Part shown: piece after piece, positions 1 to 8,162 of the stretch | Position numbering within the stretch: position 1 is the first letter of the stretch | How the letters are laid out: every line of letters begins with the position of its first letter | From: a bacterium | Lineage (GTDB): Bacteria > Patescibacteriota > CPR2 > UBA1875 > JAJYID01 | Assembly: GCA_021823605.1 (NCBI GenBank) | Contig: JAKANV010000001.1 | Coordinates: 1 to 24,922 of the forward strand | DNA length: 24,922 bases | Reading direction: 5' to 3' | Notes under the pieces: model-generated | The model's input: only the letters and a program-made list of their open reading frames with translations | What the model was told of the DNA's origin: nothing | Databases searched by the model: none | Made by a program: the position numbers and the translations under genes

Positions 1-478
1 GATATAAAATCTTAATTTTCTCAGTGCTTGAAAAATCAAACTCAGTGCCTCTTAATCCGTCAGTAACCGGTATTTTCTTATCACGTACCAGAGCCAAAAA
101 TTCCTTGTATTCCGGAGACGTGTGTACAGCTTTCGTCATTACAACCCTCCCGACTTCATACCTCTTTAGAACATAAATCAACCCGGCTAAATGATCGGCA
201 TGGGGATGAGACAAGAAAATTATATCGATTTTGCGCTTGTAAAACGGCATATTCTTACCCAAACCTTCAAGAACGGCTTTATCGGGGCCACCGTCTATAA
301 GAGCATTTTTCCCGTCAGAAAACTCAACGTAAGTGCCATCGCCCTGACCAACATTAAGAAAGACAACTTTTAACTTTTTATCAGAGGTGGCGAAAACCGA
401 TGACCAAATACCAACAGAAGCAACCAAAAGAACTATTAAGGCAATCGGCGAAAATATTTTTCTTACTTTATTTTCCAA
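1..478 (-). CDS. ComEC/Rec2-family metallo-beta-lactamase-fold (nuclease) protein with its own N-terminal TM anchor; runs off the window edge (3'-partial)
   Basis: Not in the ORF track; hand-translated from TTG at 478 (in-frame TGA at 484-482; AGGAG 11 nt upstream): MENKVRKIFSPIALIVLLVASVGIWSSVFATSDKKLKVVFLNVGQGDGTYVEFSDGKNALIDGGPDKAVLEGLGKNMPFYKRKIDIIFLSHPHADHLAG... It shows the ComEC-MBL motifs LNVGQGD, LIDGG and HxHxDH, and overlaps the comEC stop by 11 nt. Confidence 0.9.
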   Translation of the reverse strand, partial: MENKVRKIFSPIALIVLLVASVGIWSSVFATSDKKLKVVFLNVGQGDGTYVEFSDGKNALIDGGPDKAVLEGLGKNMPFYKRKIDIIFLSHPHADHLAGLIYVLKRYEVGRVVMTKAVHTSPEYKEFLALVRDKKIPVTDGLRGTEFDFSSTEKIKILY

Positions 479-1913
479 AGATCAGACTTCTCCTTCTGAC
501 AGCTTTATATATAAACAATGCTTCCAAAACTGTGACGTAATAGATGGCCAGATTCAGCGGGGAGAAGTTTAAACCCTCCAAAGAAGCAAATGGTAGGGAG
601 GCCGAAAAATGTATTAAGTATATTATCGCTCTTAGAGAGAAAAGAACCGTCCACGAAATCACATATCCAAAACCCGTCCAAATCATGCCTAAAAAGGCGC
701 TTACAAATCCTATCAGCATCACAAATGGAATAAATGGCAAAACAATAAGGTTTATGAGAAGCGAAATGACAGAAAAGTTCCCAAAATAATAGAGAATTAC
801 CGGATAAGCCATGATTTGCGCGCCAAGACTCATTGCCAGTAGCTCTTTTACCGACTCATTTTTGAAAGGCAAAACCTGTTTTATCACCGGAGCAAGATAA
901 ATAATGCCGATAAAAGCCGCGAAAGAGAGCTGGAAGCCAAGATCAAATCGCAAAATAAATGGATTCGCAGCAATCATTACTGCCGCTGCCAATATGATAG
1001 CCATGCTGGCAGATGATTGCCGACCAATGCGGTATGCCAGAAGCATCATTGCTCCCATGAGACCGGCTCGAACAGCAGAGCTTTGAGAGCCCGTCATTAC
1101 CACAAACCCAGCAATGGCAGTAAGCGGCATGAAGAAACTCATCTTGGCTGATTTCTTAGAAAAGACCAGTCTCAAAGCCTCAATAATTACGGTGATATTA
1201 AATCCTGATAGTGCTATCAAGTGGGTAGTACCTGTTTTCTGTAAATCTTCCATCAGCCAGTCCGGGAGGTTTCTTTTGATTCCCAGAAGCAGTCCCGCCA
1301 AAAAAGAAGCCTCCGGTTCGGGGAAAATAGAGTTAATAGTTTCCTCGAAACGATTTCTTACAGAATAAAGCAAGTTTTTAGCCTTCATACTAAGGCTCAT
1401 GTTCTTTATAACGCTGGCTTTTTCAACTTTCGGAAAAACCATTTGGGCCGATATGCCCTTCGCAAGCAGAGGATTCTTTAACTCATCAGTTTCGGACACA
1501 ACCACCTTCCCCTCGCTTGTTATATAGTCTCCATATTTTATCCCAGAAAATGGCCTCAAAATGAGGAGAATTTTGGCTTTTTTTGCCTGGTCGTAAAGCA
1601 CAACTTTTGTCGCCTTTTTGGTATCCTCCGGCGGTTCAACTACCTGACCTGTTATTTTTAAATTGTTATCTTTAGGATACAGGATGTTCTGCAAACTCAA
1701 ACTATACTGCTGATATCGCAAAACTCCGAGGAAAAAAAATCCAATCGCAATCATGGAAATCCAAAGCCACTTTTGAGGGATTACGGACAAGCTAATGACA
1801 AAAAATATAGCAAAAAGTGCAAGGATAGCAGCACTTGAAAGACTAAAATAAGGCGCAAAAAATACTCCTGCGACAAAAGATAGGAGGATAACCCCGGCAA
1901 AGACTGCTTTCAT
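468..1913 (-). CDS. comEC: ComEC/Rec2 competence membrane channel (DUF4131/OB-like + Competence domain, no MBL domain)
   Basis: Multi-TM protein with GLLLG, HLIALSGFN, SAVRAGLM and FDLGFQLSFAA motifs. Start placed at ATG 1913 because of the promoter geometry; the ORF track uses TTG 1940. Confidence 0.93.
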   Translation of the reverse strand: MKAVFAGVILLSFVAGVFFAPYFSLSSAAILALFAIFFVISLSVIPQKWLWISMIAIGFFFLGVLRYQQYSLSLQNILYPKDNNLKITGQVVEPPEDTKKATKVVLYDQAKKAKILLILRPFSGIKYGDYITSEGKVVVSETDELKNPLLAKGISAQMVFPKVEKASVIKNMSLSMKAKNLLYSVRNRFEETINSIFPEPEASFLAGLLLGIKRNLPDWLMEDLQKTGTTHLIALSGFNITVIIEALRLVFSKKSAKMSFFMPLTAIAGFVVMTGSQSSAVRAGLMGAMMLLAYRIGRQSSASMAIILAAAVMIAANPFILRFDLGFQLSFAAFIGIIYLAPVIKQVLPFKNESVKELLAMSLGAQIMAYPVILYYFGNFSVISLLINLIVLPFIPFVMLIGFVSAFLGMIWTGFGYVISWTVLFSLRAIIYLIHFSASLPFASLEGLNFSPLNLAIYYVTVLEALFIYKAVRRRSLIFGK

Positions 1914-1919
1914 AGAAAG

Positions 1920-1948
1920 ATTATGGTGGAATAAGTTCAAATGTTCAA
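1920..1948 (-). promoter_or_regulatory. sigma70-type promoter for comEC, probably leaderless
   Basis: TTGAAC (1948-1943), 17-nt spacer, CATAAT (1925-1920), 6 nt, ATG 1913; no SD. Confidence 0.6.
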
Positions 1949-1958
1949 GTAGACTTAC

Positions 1959-1987
1959 TTTAATTTTGAGATTTTGTGTCGTACAAT
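1959..1987 (+). promoter_or_regulatory. sigma70-type promoter for the Xer recombinase, probably leaderless
   Basis: TACAAT (1982-1987), 6 nt, ATG 1994; weak -35 TTTAAT (1959-1964) at 17 nt; no SD. Confidence 0.5.
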
Positions 1988-1993
1988 ATAGTT

Positions 1994-2938
1994 ATGGCGA
2001 GCGTTAATGAACTTATCGGTGACTTCCTAGAATACTGTGAGATAGAGAAAAATCACTCTGACTTAACCATCAGAAACTATGAACATTATCTCGGGCGATT
2101 CTTAGACTTTGCCGAGAAAGACCGAAGCCGAGATCTACGTCCAGAACAAATTAATATTGAACTCATTCGCAAATATCGTTTATATCTAAACCGCCTAAAT
2201 ACAGAACTTGGGGGGAATCTAGCAAAAATCACTCAGACCTACCACATCATCGCACTCCGGGCATTCCTCAAATATCTAGCAAAAAGAGATATTAAATCCT
2301 TATCGGCCGAAAAAGTAGAGCTCGGCACCATGGAACGTCGGCAAATTGAATTTTTGGAAATATCTGAAGTCGATGACTTACTCTCTGCACCTGAAAAATA
2401 TCCTTCAAAGAAGGAATTGATAAATTTTCGTGATAGCGCAATTTTAGAAACACTTTTTTCTACCGGACTAAGAATTAGCGAACTTGTGAGTCTAAATCGT
2501 GACCAGATTAATCTCGAACGGGGTGAATTCACAGTGAGAGGTAAAGGAGGAAAAGACCGTGTAGTTTTCCTCTCTGACAGCGCTTCAAAGAAAATTAAAA
2601 GTTATTTGTCAAAAAGGGATGACAACACCAAGCCGCTCTTTACTCATTGTTCCGGCGTAAAAGACGGGCTGGATGAAGGCGAATATATGCGCCTCACCCC
2701 CAGAAGCATTCAGCGGATGGTTTCAAAATACGCCAAACTTGCCGGAATAACAAAAAAAGTAACCCCACATATGCTGAGGCACTCTTTCGCTACAGATCTT
2801 TTAATCAACGGCGCAGACATCAGAAGCGTTCAGGCAATGCTCGGCCACTCATCTATTACAACGACTCAAATCTATACCCACGTCACGAACACCCGACTTC
2901 GTGAAATCCACAAAAACTTTCATGGGAAAAGACACTAG
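1994..2938 (+). CDS. XerC/XerD-family tyrosine recombinase
   Basis: N-terminal SAM-like region and intact catalytic set: R (GLRISE), K (GKGGK), HxxR (HMLRH), H (LGH), Y (TQIYT). Start ATG 1994 preferred over GTG 1976. XerC versus XerD cannot be told apart by eye. Confidence 0.93.
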   Translation: MASVNELIGDFLEYCEIEKNHSDLTIRNYEHYLGRFLDFAEKDRSRDLRPEQINIELIRKYRLYLNRLNTELGGNLAKITQTYHIIALRAFLKYLAKRDIKSLSAEKVELGTMERRQIEFLEISEVDDLLSAPEKYPSKKELINFRDSAILETLFSTGLRISELVSLNRDQINLERGEFTVRGKGGKDRVVFLSDSASKKIKSYLSKRDDNTKPLFTHCSGVKDGLDEGEYMRLTPRSIQRMVSKYAKLAGITKKVTPHMLRHSFATDLLINGADIRSVQAMLGHSSITTTQIYTHVTNTRLREIHKNFHGKRH

Positions 2939-4551
2939 GGTTTTATCCAAGTATTAGCGCCCGTATCTCCTCTATAAGTCCCGACCGTGCCAGTATCCAT
3001 GACTCTTAAATAGTCGTTACGAGTAAAACAACATATACCACTGGCCCAATAGTAGCCAGCAGGGGTATAGAGCACCAGGTTTGCATCAGTCTGCATAACA
3101 GCAAATCCAGCGGTACCACTCGGAGAAGCTGGAGAAGACCAAAGTGGAGTTGTATTACCAATCCGATAAAGCTCTAGTTTGCCATCGGCTTGATATATCA
3201 ATTTATACTGTCCGTTTTCTGAAATTCGATAATTACCAGCATAAAGGACCTCTCCACTATACATGGTGTTAGAGACAAAGCTTGCATTTACTGTCTTGTC
3301 GGCATTCATTATTACACTGCAAGCTCCTGTGCCTGTACAGTCACCTGTCCAACCGTCAAAACCATAGCCTGCTGGTTTAGTATAAGTAATTGTAACGCTA
3401 GTCCCTTCGTCATACTTTCCGGTGCTAGATGCAGGTGATGCTGTGACTGTACAAGTAGGACAACCTGACTTGTTAATATTGAGTGTATATTGCGGTAGCT
3501 CTGTGGCAGCATCTGCTTTAATATACAAATTTTTTAAATATATGCTGCTTCCAGTATTTGTTTGGACTACAAACTTACTAGAATCGTTAGCTGGATCAGG
3601 CCCTGAGCCTATACTTGAACTCAAGGTAGTCGGACCAACTGTGGTTGGAAGGAATAAAGCGCGAGGAACTATATCAGGGTTATAAGACGCAGTTTGAATG
3701 TCGAGACAATCATCATTAGCATCTGTTACCTTCAAACTAAATGTTGAGTTTGTACTTTCCTTACGATAAGTTATTACAAATTTGATAGCCGAATTATTCC
3801 TCAAATCAATGGTCACTAATGTACCCGCCGTGTTAAGAGTTCCACTAGAGGCTGCCGTTGCTCTATTTAGATATATCTTTCCCTGGTATATATCTAATGA
3901 AACACCCGTTTGAGATCCTTGATTAGTAGGATCAACAAAGCCCAAATGGTAATGCTTTACGGACGTCGGATCAATACCACTTATATCACCACTGAAGATA
4001 ATATATTTAGCAGTGGCAGAGATTGAGATACTCGGGGGATCGGGAGATGTTGTTAAATCTATCTCATTATTCGTAATAGTAGTTGCACTATTATATAGAT
4101 TGGTCCATTTTGATACATAACCATCATCGCTTACCCCACCATCTATTTTCCTTCTGATGTTACCGACCTTGCCTTCACTGTAATAACAATATTGCCAGTC
4201 AACACAAGTTCTGGCCGGTGATACTGAGCTATCATACGGGCTACCAGAACCTCCGACCTGGAAGTCATACGTAACATTCGCCAGCTCCTGGTCACTTGAG
4301 ACTGCCACCTTCTGGCCGGTCTTTGTAACCGCTTGCCCGGGATTTGCCGAGGCATAGTTTCTCGCTCTCTCCTCACCAGACTCAGCCGCCATATAGGCTT
4401 CAACGGAACTATCAAGTTGTCGCGTCTGTTTAATTTCAGAAATTAGAATAGTGGTAACTGTACCAATAACTAGAAAAAACAAAGTTATATACAAAGTACT
4501 CCACAGAAGCACCGTACCGCTTTCATTCTTTAAGTATTTGTACATTTTCAT
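2935..4551 (-). CDS. PilX-like minor pilin / pilus tip adhesin with C-terminal InlB B-repeat-like domain and bulb-type (B-type) lectin domain
   Basis: ESG|TVLLW prepilin site lacking Glu5, TM helix and PilX-type 'AYMAAESG'. aa ~355-425 read YTLNINKSG...GYGFDGWTGDCTGTGACSVIMNADKTVNASF. The C-terminus contains QTDANLVLY, matching QxDxNxVxY. ATGA overlap with the upstream pilW-like gene. Confidence 0.82.
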   Translation of the reverse strand: MKMYKYLKNESGTVLLWSTLYITLFFLVIGTVTTILISEIKQTRQLDSSVEAYMAAESGEERARNYASANPGQAVTKTGQKVAVSSDQELANVTYDFQVGGSGSPYDSSVSPARTCVDWQYCYYSEGKVGNIRRKIDGGVSDDGYVSKWTNLYNSATTITNNEIDLTTSPDPPSISISATAKYIIFSGDISGIDPTSVKHYHLGFVDPTNQGSQTGVSLDIYQGKIYLNRATAASSGTLNTAGTLVTIDLRNNSAIKFVITYRKESTNSTFSLKVTDANDDCLDIQTASYNPDIVPRALFLPTTVGPTTLSSSIGSGPDPANDSSKFVVQTNTGSSIYLKNLYIKADAATELPQYTLNINKSGCPTCTVTASPASSTGKYDEGTSVTITYTKPAGYGFDGWTGDCTGTGACSVIMNADKTVNASFVSNTMYSGEVLYAGNYRISENGQYKLIYQADGKLELYRIGNTTPLWSSPASPSGTAGFAVMQTDANLVLYTPAGYYWASGICCFTRNDYLRVMDTGTVGTYRGDTGANTWIKP

Positions 4552-5918
4552 AATTGGTTCCCCATGGTCAAATAACCATTCATTATTATACTCTCTCCGT
4601 ATAATGGGTTCGTCGGATTAGCTATCCCTGACTTAGCAATCTCAAGTGTATACTCAAGTGTCTTTGGATATGTAGAGGTATTGTTTGTAATTTTAAAATT
4701 CCTGATAGATACTCCACTTGTTGTCAGGAGAGGAAGCTTTGCAAGATCGGTCGATGAGGATGCTGGCGAAGATATTGTCACTGTGGGTGCCGAGGTGTAG
4801 CCAGAACCTGCATTTGTAACATTAATCCCAATAATTGTGCCAAGACCATCCGTTGATATAGTTGCTGTTGCTGTAGCACCAATCCCCCCACCTCCGGATA
4901 TCGTAACCGTGGGTGCCGAGGTGTAGCCAGAACCTGCATTTGTAACATTAATGCTGTTAAGTGTATACGACATGCTGGCAGTACCTGAAAAACTTGTACA
5001 ACCACCACCCGATAAAGAGACGGTCGGTCTAGAAGTATAACCAGAACCTCCACTTGTCATAGTAACCCCAGCTACACCATTCGTAATAGCTATCGTTGCT
5101 GCTGCATTCATTGTCGCTCCTCCTCCTGTGAATGTAACTGTAGGGTTAGATGTATAGCCAGAACCTTCATTGGATATATTCGTATTATTCACCTGTCCAC
5201 CTAAAATATCGACAAACCCACTCATACCCGTTCCACCACCACCAGAAAAAGTCATCGTTGGTGGTAATGTATAACCAGAACCTCGCGTTGAATAATTGAT
5301 GTTACCAAATCTTCCTGTTATTGAGGCAAAACCTGACGCACCAGTTCCTCCACCTCCTGAAAAAACGATTCCAGGATTAGATGTACAACCCCTACCTGGA
5401 TTACCAATAGTGACACCTGTTACTGAACCCGAAATACCCGCAGTTGCCGTCGCTTGTGTATTCCCAAATGTAGCTGGGGTCTGTCCTAATCCAAGGTATC
5501 GAGTAGCACCAACTCCAGTACTAGTTTGCGAACAAAAGAAAATAAGTTTGTCAGTTGAATCTTTCATTTTTAATGTTACATAATCCTTAAAAACTATTCT
5601 TTTCAAGCTACCATCACCATTATTCACTGTATCATAGTTACCACTCGTATAGTCGGTATCACTGCATATACCATTATTACCTGTATCTCTTATATCTACC
5701 ACCTCAGCTTCTCTTGCTTGCCTAGCAAAAATCTCTGACACTGTTCTAGACTCCTCCTGAAGGTTGGCCACCATTGTATAGTCCGTTTGCAGCTTATTTA
5801 AGACCAAAAAGAATCCTACGGTTATGGTCATAATGGTAGCAAAAAGACCCATCCCGATAATCAACTCGACGATAGTCGTACCATTTTTCTTGTTAAGATA
5901 TATGAAATATTTTTTCAT
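4548..5918 (-). CDS. PilW-like minor pilin with an inserted array of six Gly/Ser/Thr-rich repeats
   Basis: KNG|TTIVELIIG prepilin motif with Glu5 and TM helix; third position in the fimU-pilV-pilW-pilX order; ATGA overlaps at both ends. Confidence 0.82.
   Translation of the reverse strand: MKKYFIYLNKKNGTTIVELIIGMGLFATIMTITVGFFLVLNKLQTDYTMVANLQEESRTVSEIFARQAREAEVVDIRDTGNNGICSDTDYTSGNYDTVNNGDGSLKRIVFKDYVTLKMKDSTDKLIFFCSQTSTGVGATRYLGLGQTPATFGNTQATATAGISGSVTGVTIGNPGRGCTSNPGIVFSGGGGTGASGFASITGRFGNINYSTRGSGYTLPPTMTFSGGGGTGMSGFVDILGGQVNNTNISNEGSGYTSNPTVTFTGGGATMNAAATIAITNGVAGVTMTSGGSGYTSRPTVSLSGGGCTSFSGTASMSYTLNSINVTNAGSGYTSAPTVTISGGGGIGATATATISTDGLGTIIGINVTNAGSGYTSAPTVTISSPASSSTDLAKLPLLTTSGVSIRNFKITNNTSTYPKTLEYTLEIAKSGIANPTNPLYGESIIMNGYLTMGNQL
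4765..5457 (-). repeat. Six degenerate ~38-42 aa coding repeats, consensus I-x-V-T-N-x-G-S-G-Y-T-S-x-P-T-V-T-x-S-G-G-G
   Basis: Units: NPGRGCTSNPGIVFSGGGG, TRGSGYTLPPTMTFSGGGG, NEGSGYTSNPTVTFTGGG, SGGSGYTSRPTVSLSGGG, NAGSGYTSAPTVTISGGGG, NAGSGYTSAPTVTISSP. The last two share an exact 44-bp repeat (4783-4826 = 4909-4952). Confidence 0.92.
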
Positions 5919-6511
5919 TCAGGTGTTTCCTTTGATATTATACCTGCAGTTGATAATTTTTTCGAAGATCCATCTTGACTCGTCCAAGTTACCTCAACCC
6001 TCACATAGTAGTATTTATCTCTACAGTCGTAGTCAGCCGCTGTGTTACAGTTGCCATCATTTTGAAAACCTGAAGCAATGCTGCTAAAAGCACCTGTACT
6101 AAAGCCATCACTACCCATGTCGTAAGCATAAATATTTCTTTCAAAACCATTAAACCCGTCTATCTGATTTGGCACCTTGCTTCCGTTGTCAGCAAACTCT
6201 CTGATAGACTCATCCGTAGTTGCATCTGTATCACTTTTAATAACAAACCGGTTGCTGCCCGCATCAATAAATGTTTTAATGTTGCTGAAACTACACCCGA
6301 TATCTCTCTGGTGTTTAGCCATCTCTATACCTTCCTGAGTAAGTGAATTTGCTTTCGTATAATCTTGTGCATCAAAGAGCAATTTTTTTGAAATAACCAC
6401 TAGGTTCATCATAGCGGTCAAAGCAATGCTGATAAGCATTAGAGAGACAACAACCTCCAGGAGGATTTGTCCTTTACTACTTTTTAAAATTCTGCTTTTT
6501 ATTAAATTCAT
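5915..6511 (-). CDS. PilV-like minor pilin
   Basis: SKG|QILLEVVVSL prepilin motif, TM helix, C-terminal 'YYVRVEVTW' strand typical of PilV/GspI-like pilins; position in the minor pilin operon. Confidence 0.8.
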   Translation of the reverse strand: MNLIKSRILKSSKGQILLEVVVSLMLISIALTAMMNLVVISKKLLFDAQDYTKANSLTQEGIEMAKHQRDIGCSFSNIKTFIDAGSNRFVIKSDTDATTDESIREFADNGSKVPNQIDGFNGFERNIYAYDMGSDGFSTGAFSSIASGFQNDGNCNTAADYDCRDKYYYVRVEVTWTSQDGSSKKLSTAGIISKETPE

Positions 6512-6526
6512 AATCTTTAAGCCCGA

Positions 6527-7297
6527 TTATTTTAATTCTACTCCACCTTCCTCACTAATGAAAACTGAACGAACCAAACCCTGGCCTCCGCTTATACTTG
6601 TGTTTGAATCAAAATTTATTTCTAGAGAGTTAGGGTAATATTTGGGTGAGCTCTTCGGAACATACTCTTGAGTTTTCGGGGTCTTCTCCCATTCCGGCGT
6701 TCCACCCGTAAATTTAGATAAAAAAGCAGATTCATCTGCTGAGGGTGACGTCTTACTACCAAACATACAATAGCTATAAAACTTTCCATAGGGACTGGTA
6801 TAAATTAAATATAAATAACCCAACGCATCACTATTAGCACCCCTACAATAGCCGGTAATTTTAGTCCCAAGGTCGTTTGTAAGTGTATATTTACCTTCTA
6901 TCTGTATATCTTGTGCATAATTTAAAGATTCTGATAAATCTAATGTTTTAACTGTTCCCTCAGTCAAAACACCACTAACTTCACAATATGGGATAATACT
7001 GATGGGGTTGCGTGATACCACATTATTAGTACCATCACCAGTTTGAATCCTTATGACTTTGAGTTTGATTGGTTTACCATCACAAGCGCCACTAGATTCA
7101 GTTTTCGTAGATAACGTATCAGTGAATCCTTCTCTAATAGTCGTTTGCAGCCTGTTTGCCACATAACCCATATAGGTGCTTTTCCTGCTTATATAATAAC
7201 TGCTTATACTAAGAGTCATAATAACAGCCATAACAGCCATAACAACTATGAGCTCTGTTAACGTATACCCTCTTTTGTTTTTTAAAAGCTTAAACAT
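6527..7297 (-). CDS. FimU/FimT-like minor pilin (prepilin-type N-terminal cleavage/methylation protein)
   Basis: KRG|YTLTELIVVMAVMAVI motif; first gene of the minor pilin run after pilD. ATG 7297 preferred over TTG 7306. Confidence 0.8.
   Translation of the reverse strand: MFKLLKNKRGYTLTELIVVMAVMAVIMTLSISSYYISRKSTYMGYVANRLQTTIREGFTDTLSTKTESSGACDGKPIKLKVIRIQTGDGTNNVVSRNPISIIPYCEVSGVLTEGTVKTLDLSESLNYAQDIQIEGKYTLTNDLGTKITGYCRGANSDALGYLYLIYTSPYGKFYSYCMFGSKTSPSADESAFLSKFTGGTPEWEKTPKTQEYVPKSSPKYYPNSLEINFDSNTSISGGQGLVRSVFISEEGGVELK
7221..7244. repeat. In-frame 9-bp tandem repeat (ATAACAGCC x2.7) in the pilin TM helix
   Basis: 7221-7229, 7230-7238, partial 7239-7244; encodes VMAVMAV on the minus strand. 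Confidence 0.6.
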
Positions 7298-7342
7298 GGC
7301 GTTCAAATTAGTCCAAATAAATAGGAATTTTATGAAATTAAT

Positions 7343-8146
7343 CTATAAGAAAAGTTTAACATAAAAACTTACCAAATGCTCTCCCAAAAAAAGACCGACA
7401 AATGTACCAATGACTAAGAAGGGGCCAAAGGGTATTTTCGAGCCCAGCTTCTTCTTTCCGGAAATGAGCGTAAAGACTCCGACGAGCGCCCCCAAGAAAA
7501 ATGCAGCATAAAGAGCAACCAAAGTACCCTGCCAGCCTAAAATTAATCCCATCAGCGCTACTAGTTTGATGTCTCCGCCCCCCATCCACTTTCCGTTTGA
7601 TATGGTAGCGAGTGTGAAGAAAAATCCTCCGGCAAGCAAGCCAGATAAAAGATGGTCAATTAAGTAGCTAATATTTCCAGTAAGAACAACATTTGTTAAA
7701 ACGTAAATCAAAGCCACGGCTAGCGCAGTGTAAATAATCTCGTCCGGGATAATCCGATGTTTTAAATCGTAAACAAAAATAGCAATCAAAGATGAAATAA
7801 AAAACAGCCAAAAAACAATATTGATAAAGTTCAAAGCTGTAAAACGACCAAATTGAAGAAAAAAATAACCAGTTGCTGCAAAGATTAATCCGGTTGATAA
7901 CTCAACTAAAGGATATTGGATAGAAATTTCCTTCTTACAGCTCCGGCACTTGCCCCGTAATATTAGCCACGAAATAACGGGAATATTATCAGACCACTTA
8001 ATCTTTTCCTCACAATGCGGACAAAAAGACCGTCCATTCAAACTTTTTCTTTTCTTGGCTTCTAGCCGATAGATAAGGACATTCAAGAAGCTGCCGATAC
8101 ATAGACCGACAAGAAATAAGAAAAACAAAATCAGATAAAAAGACAT
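7343..8146 (-). CDS. pilD: Prepilin peptidase / N-methyltransferase (A24)
   Basis: GSFLNV, two CxxC motifs (CPHC, CRSC), catalytic Asp motifs VYDLKH and MGGGDIKL, and IPFGPFL. ATG 8146 preferred over TTG 8164. Confidence 0.96.
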   Translation of the reverse strand: MSFYLILFFLFLVGLCIGSFLNVLIYRLEAKKRKSLNGRSFCPHCEEKIKWSDNIPVISWLILRGKCRSCKKEISIQYPLVELSTGLIFAATGYFFLQFGRFTALNFINIVFWLFFISSLIAIFVYDLKHRIIPDEIIYTALAVALIYVLTNVVLTGNISYLIDHLLSGLLAGGFFFTLATISNGKWMGGGDIKLVALMGLILGWQGTLVALYAAFFLGALVGVFTLISGKKKLGSKIPFGPFLVIGTFVGLFLGEHLVSFYVKLFL

Positions 8147-8152
8147 AAGAAT

Positions 8153-8158
8153 ATTATA
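8153..8158 (-). promoter_or_regulatory. -10 box for pilD, probably leaderless
   Basis: Perfect TATAAT (8158-8153), 6 nt, ATG 8146; no SD; no clear -35. Confidence 0.55.
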
Positions 8159-8162
8159 CACC

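Noticed and set aside
191-572. Short + strand ORFs 191-373 and 387-572
   Set aside because: They are antisense shadows of the minus-strand ComEC-MBL gene, which has clear family motifs.
1994-4551. R64-type shufflon (recombinase next to pilus tip adhesin)
   Set aside because: No silent C-terminal cassettes and no repeated sfx-like sites were found. Kept only as a low-probability test in the findings.
4783-4952. 44-bp direct repeat pair as a CRISPR array or insertion scar
   Set aside because: Only two copies, in frame inside a protein repeat array, with no cas or transposase genes.
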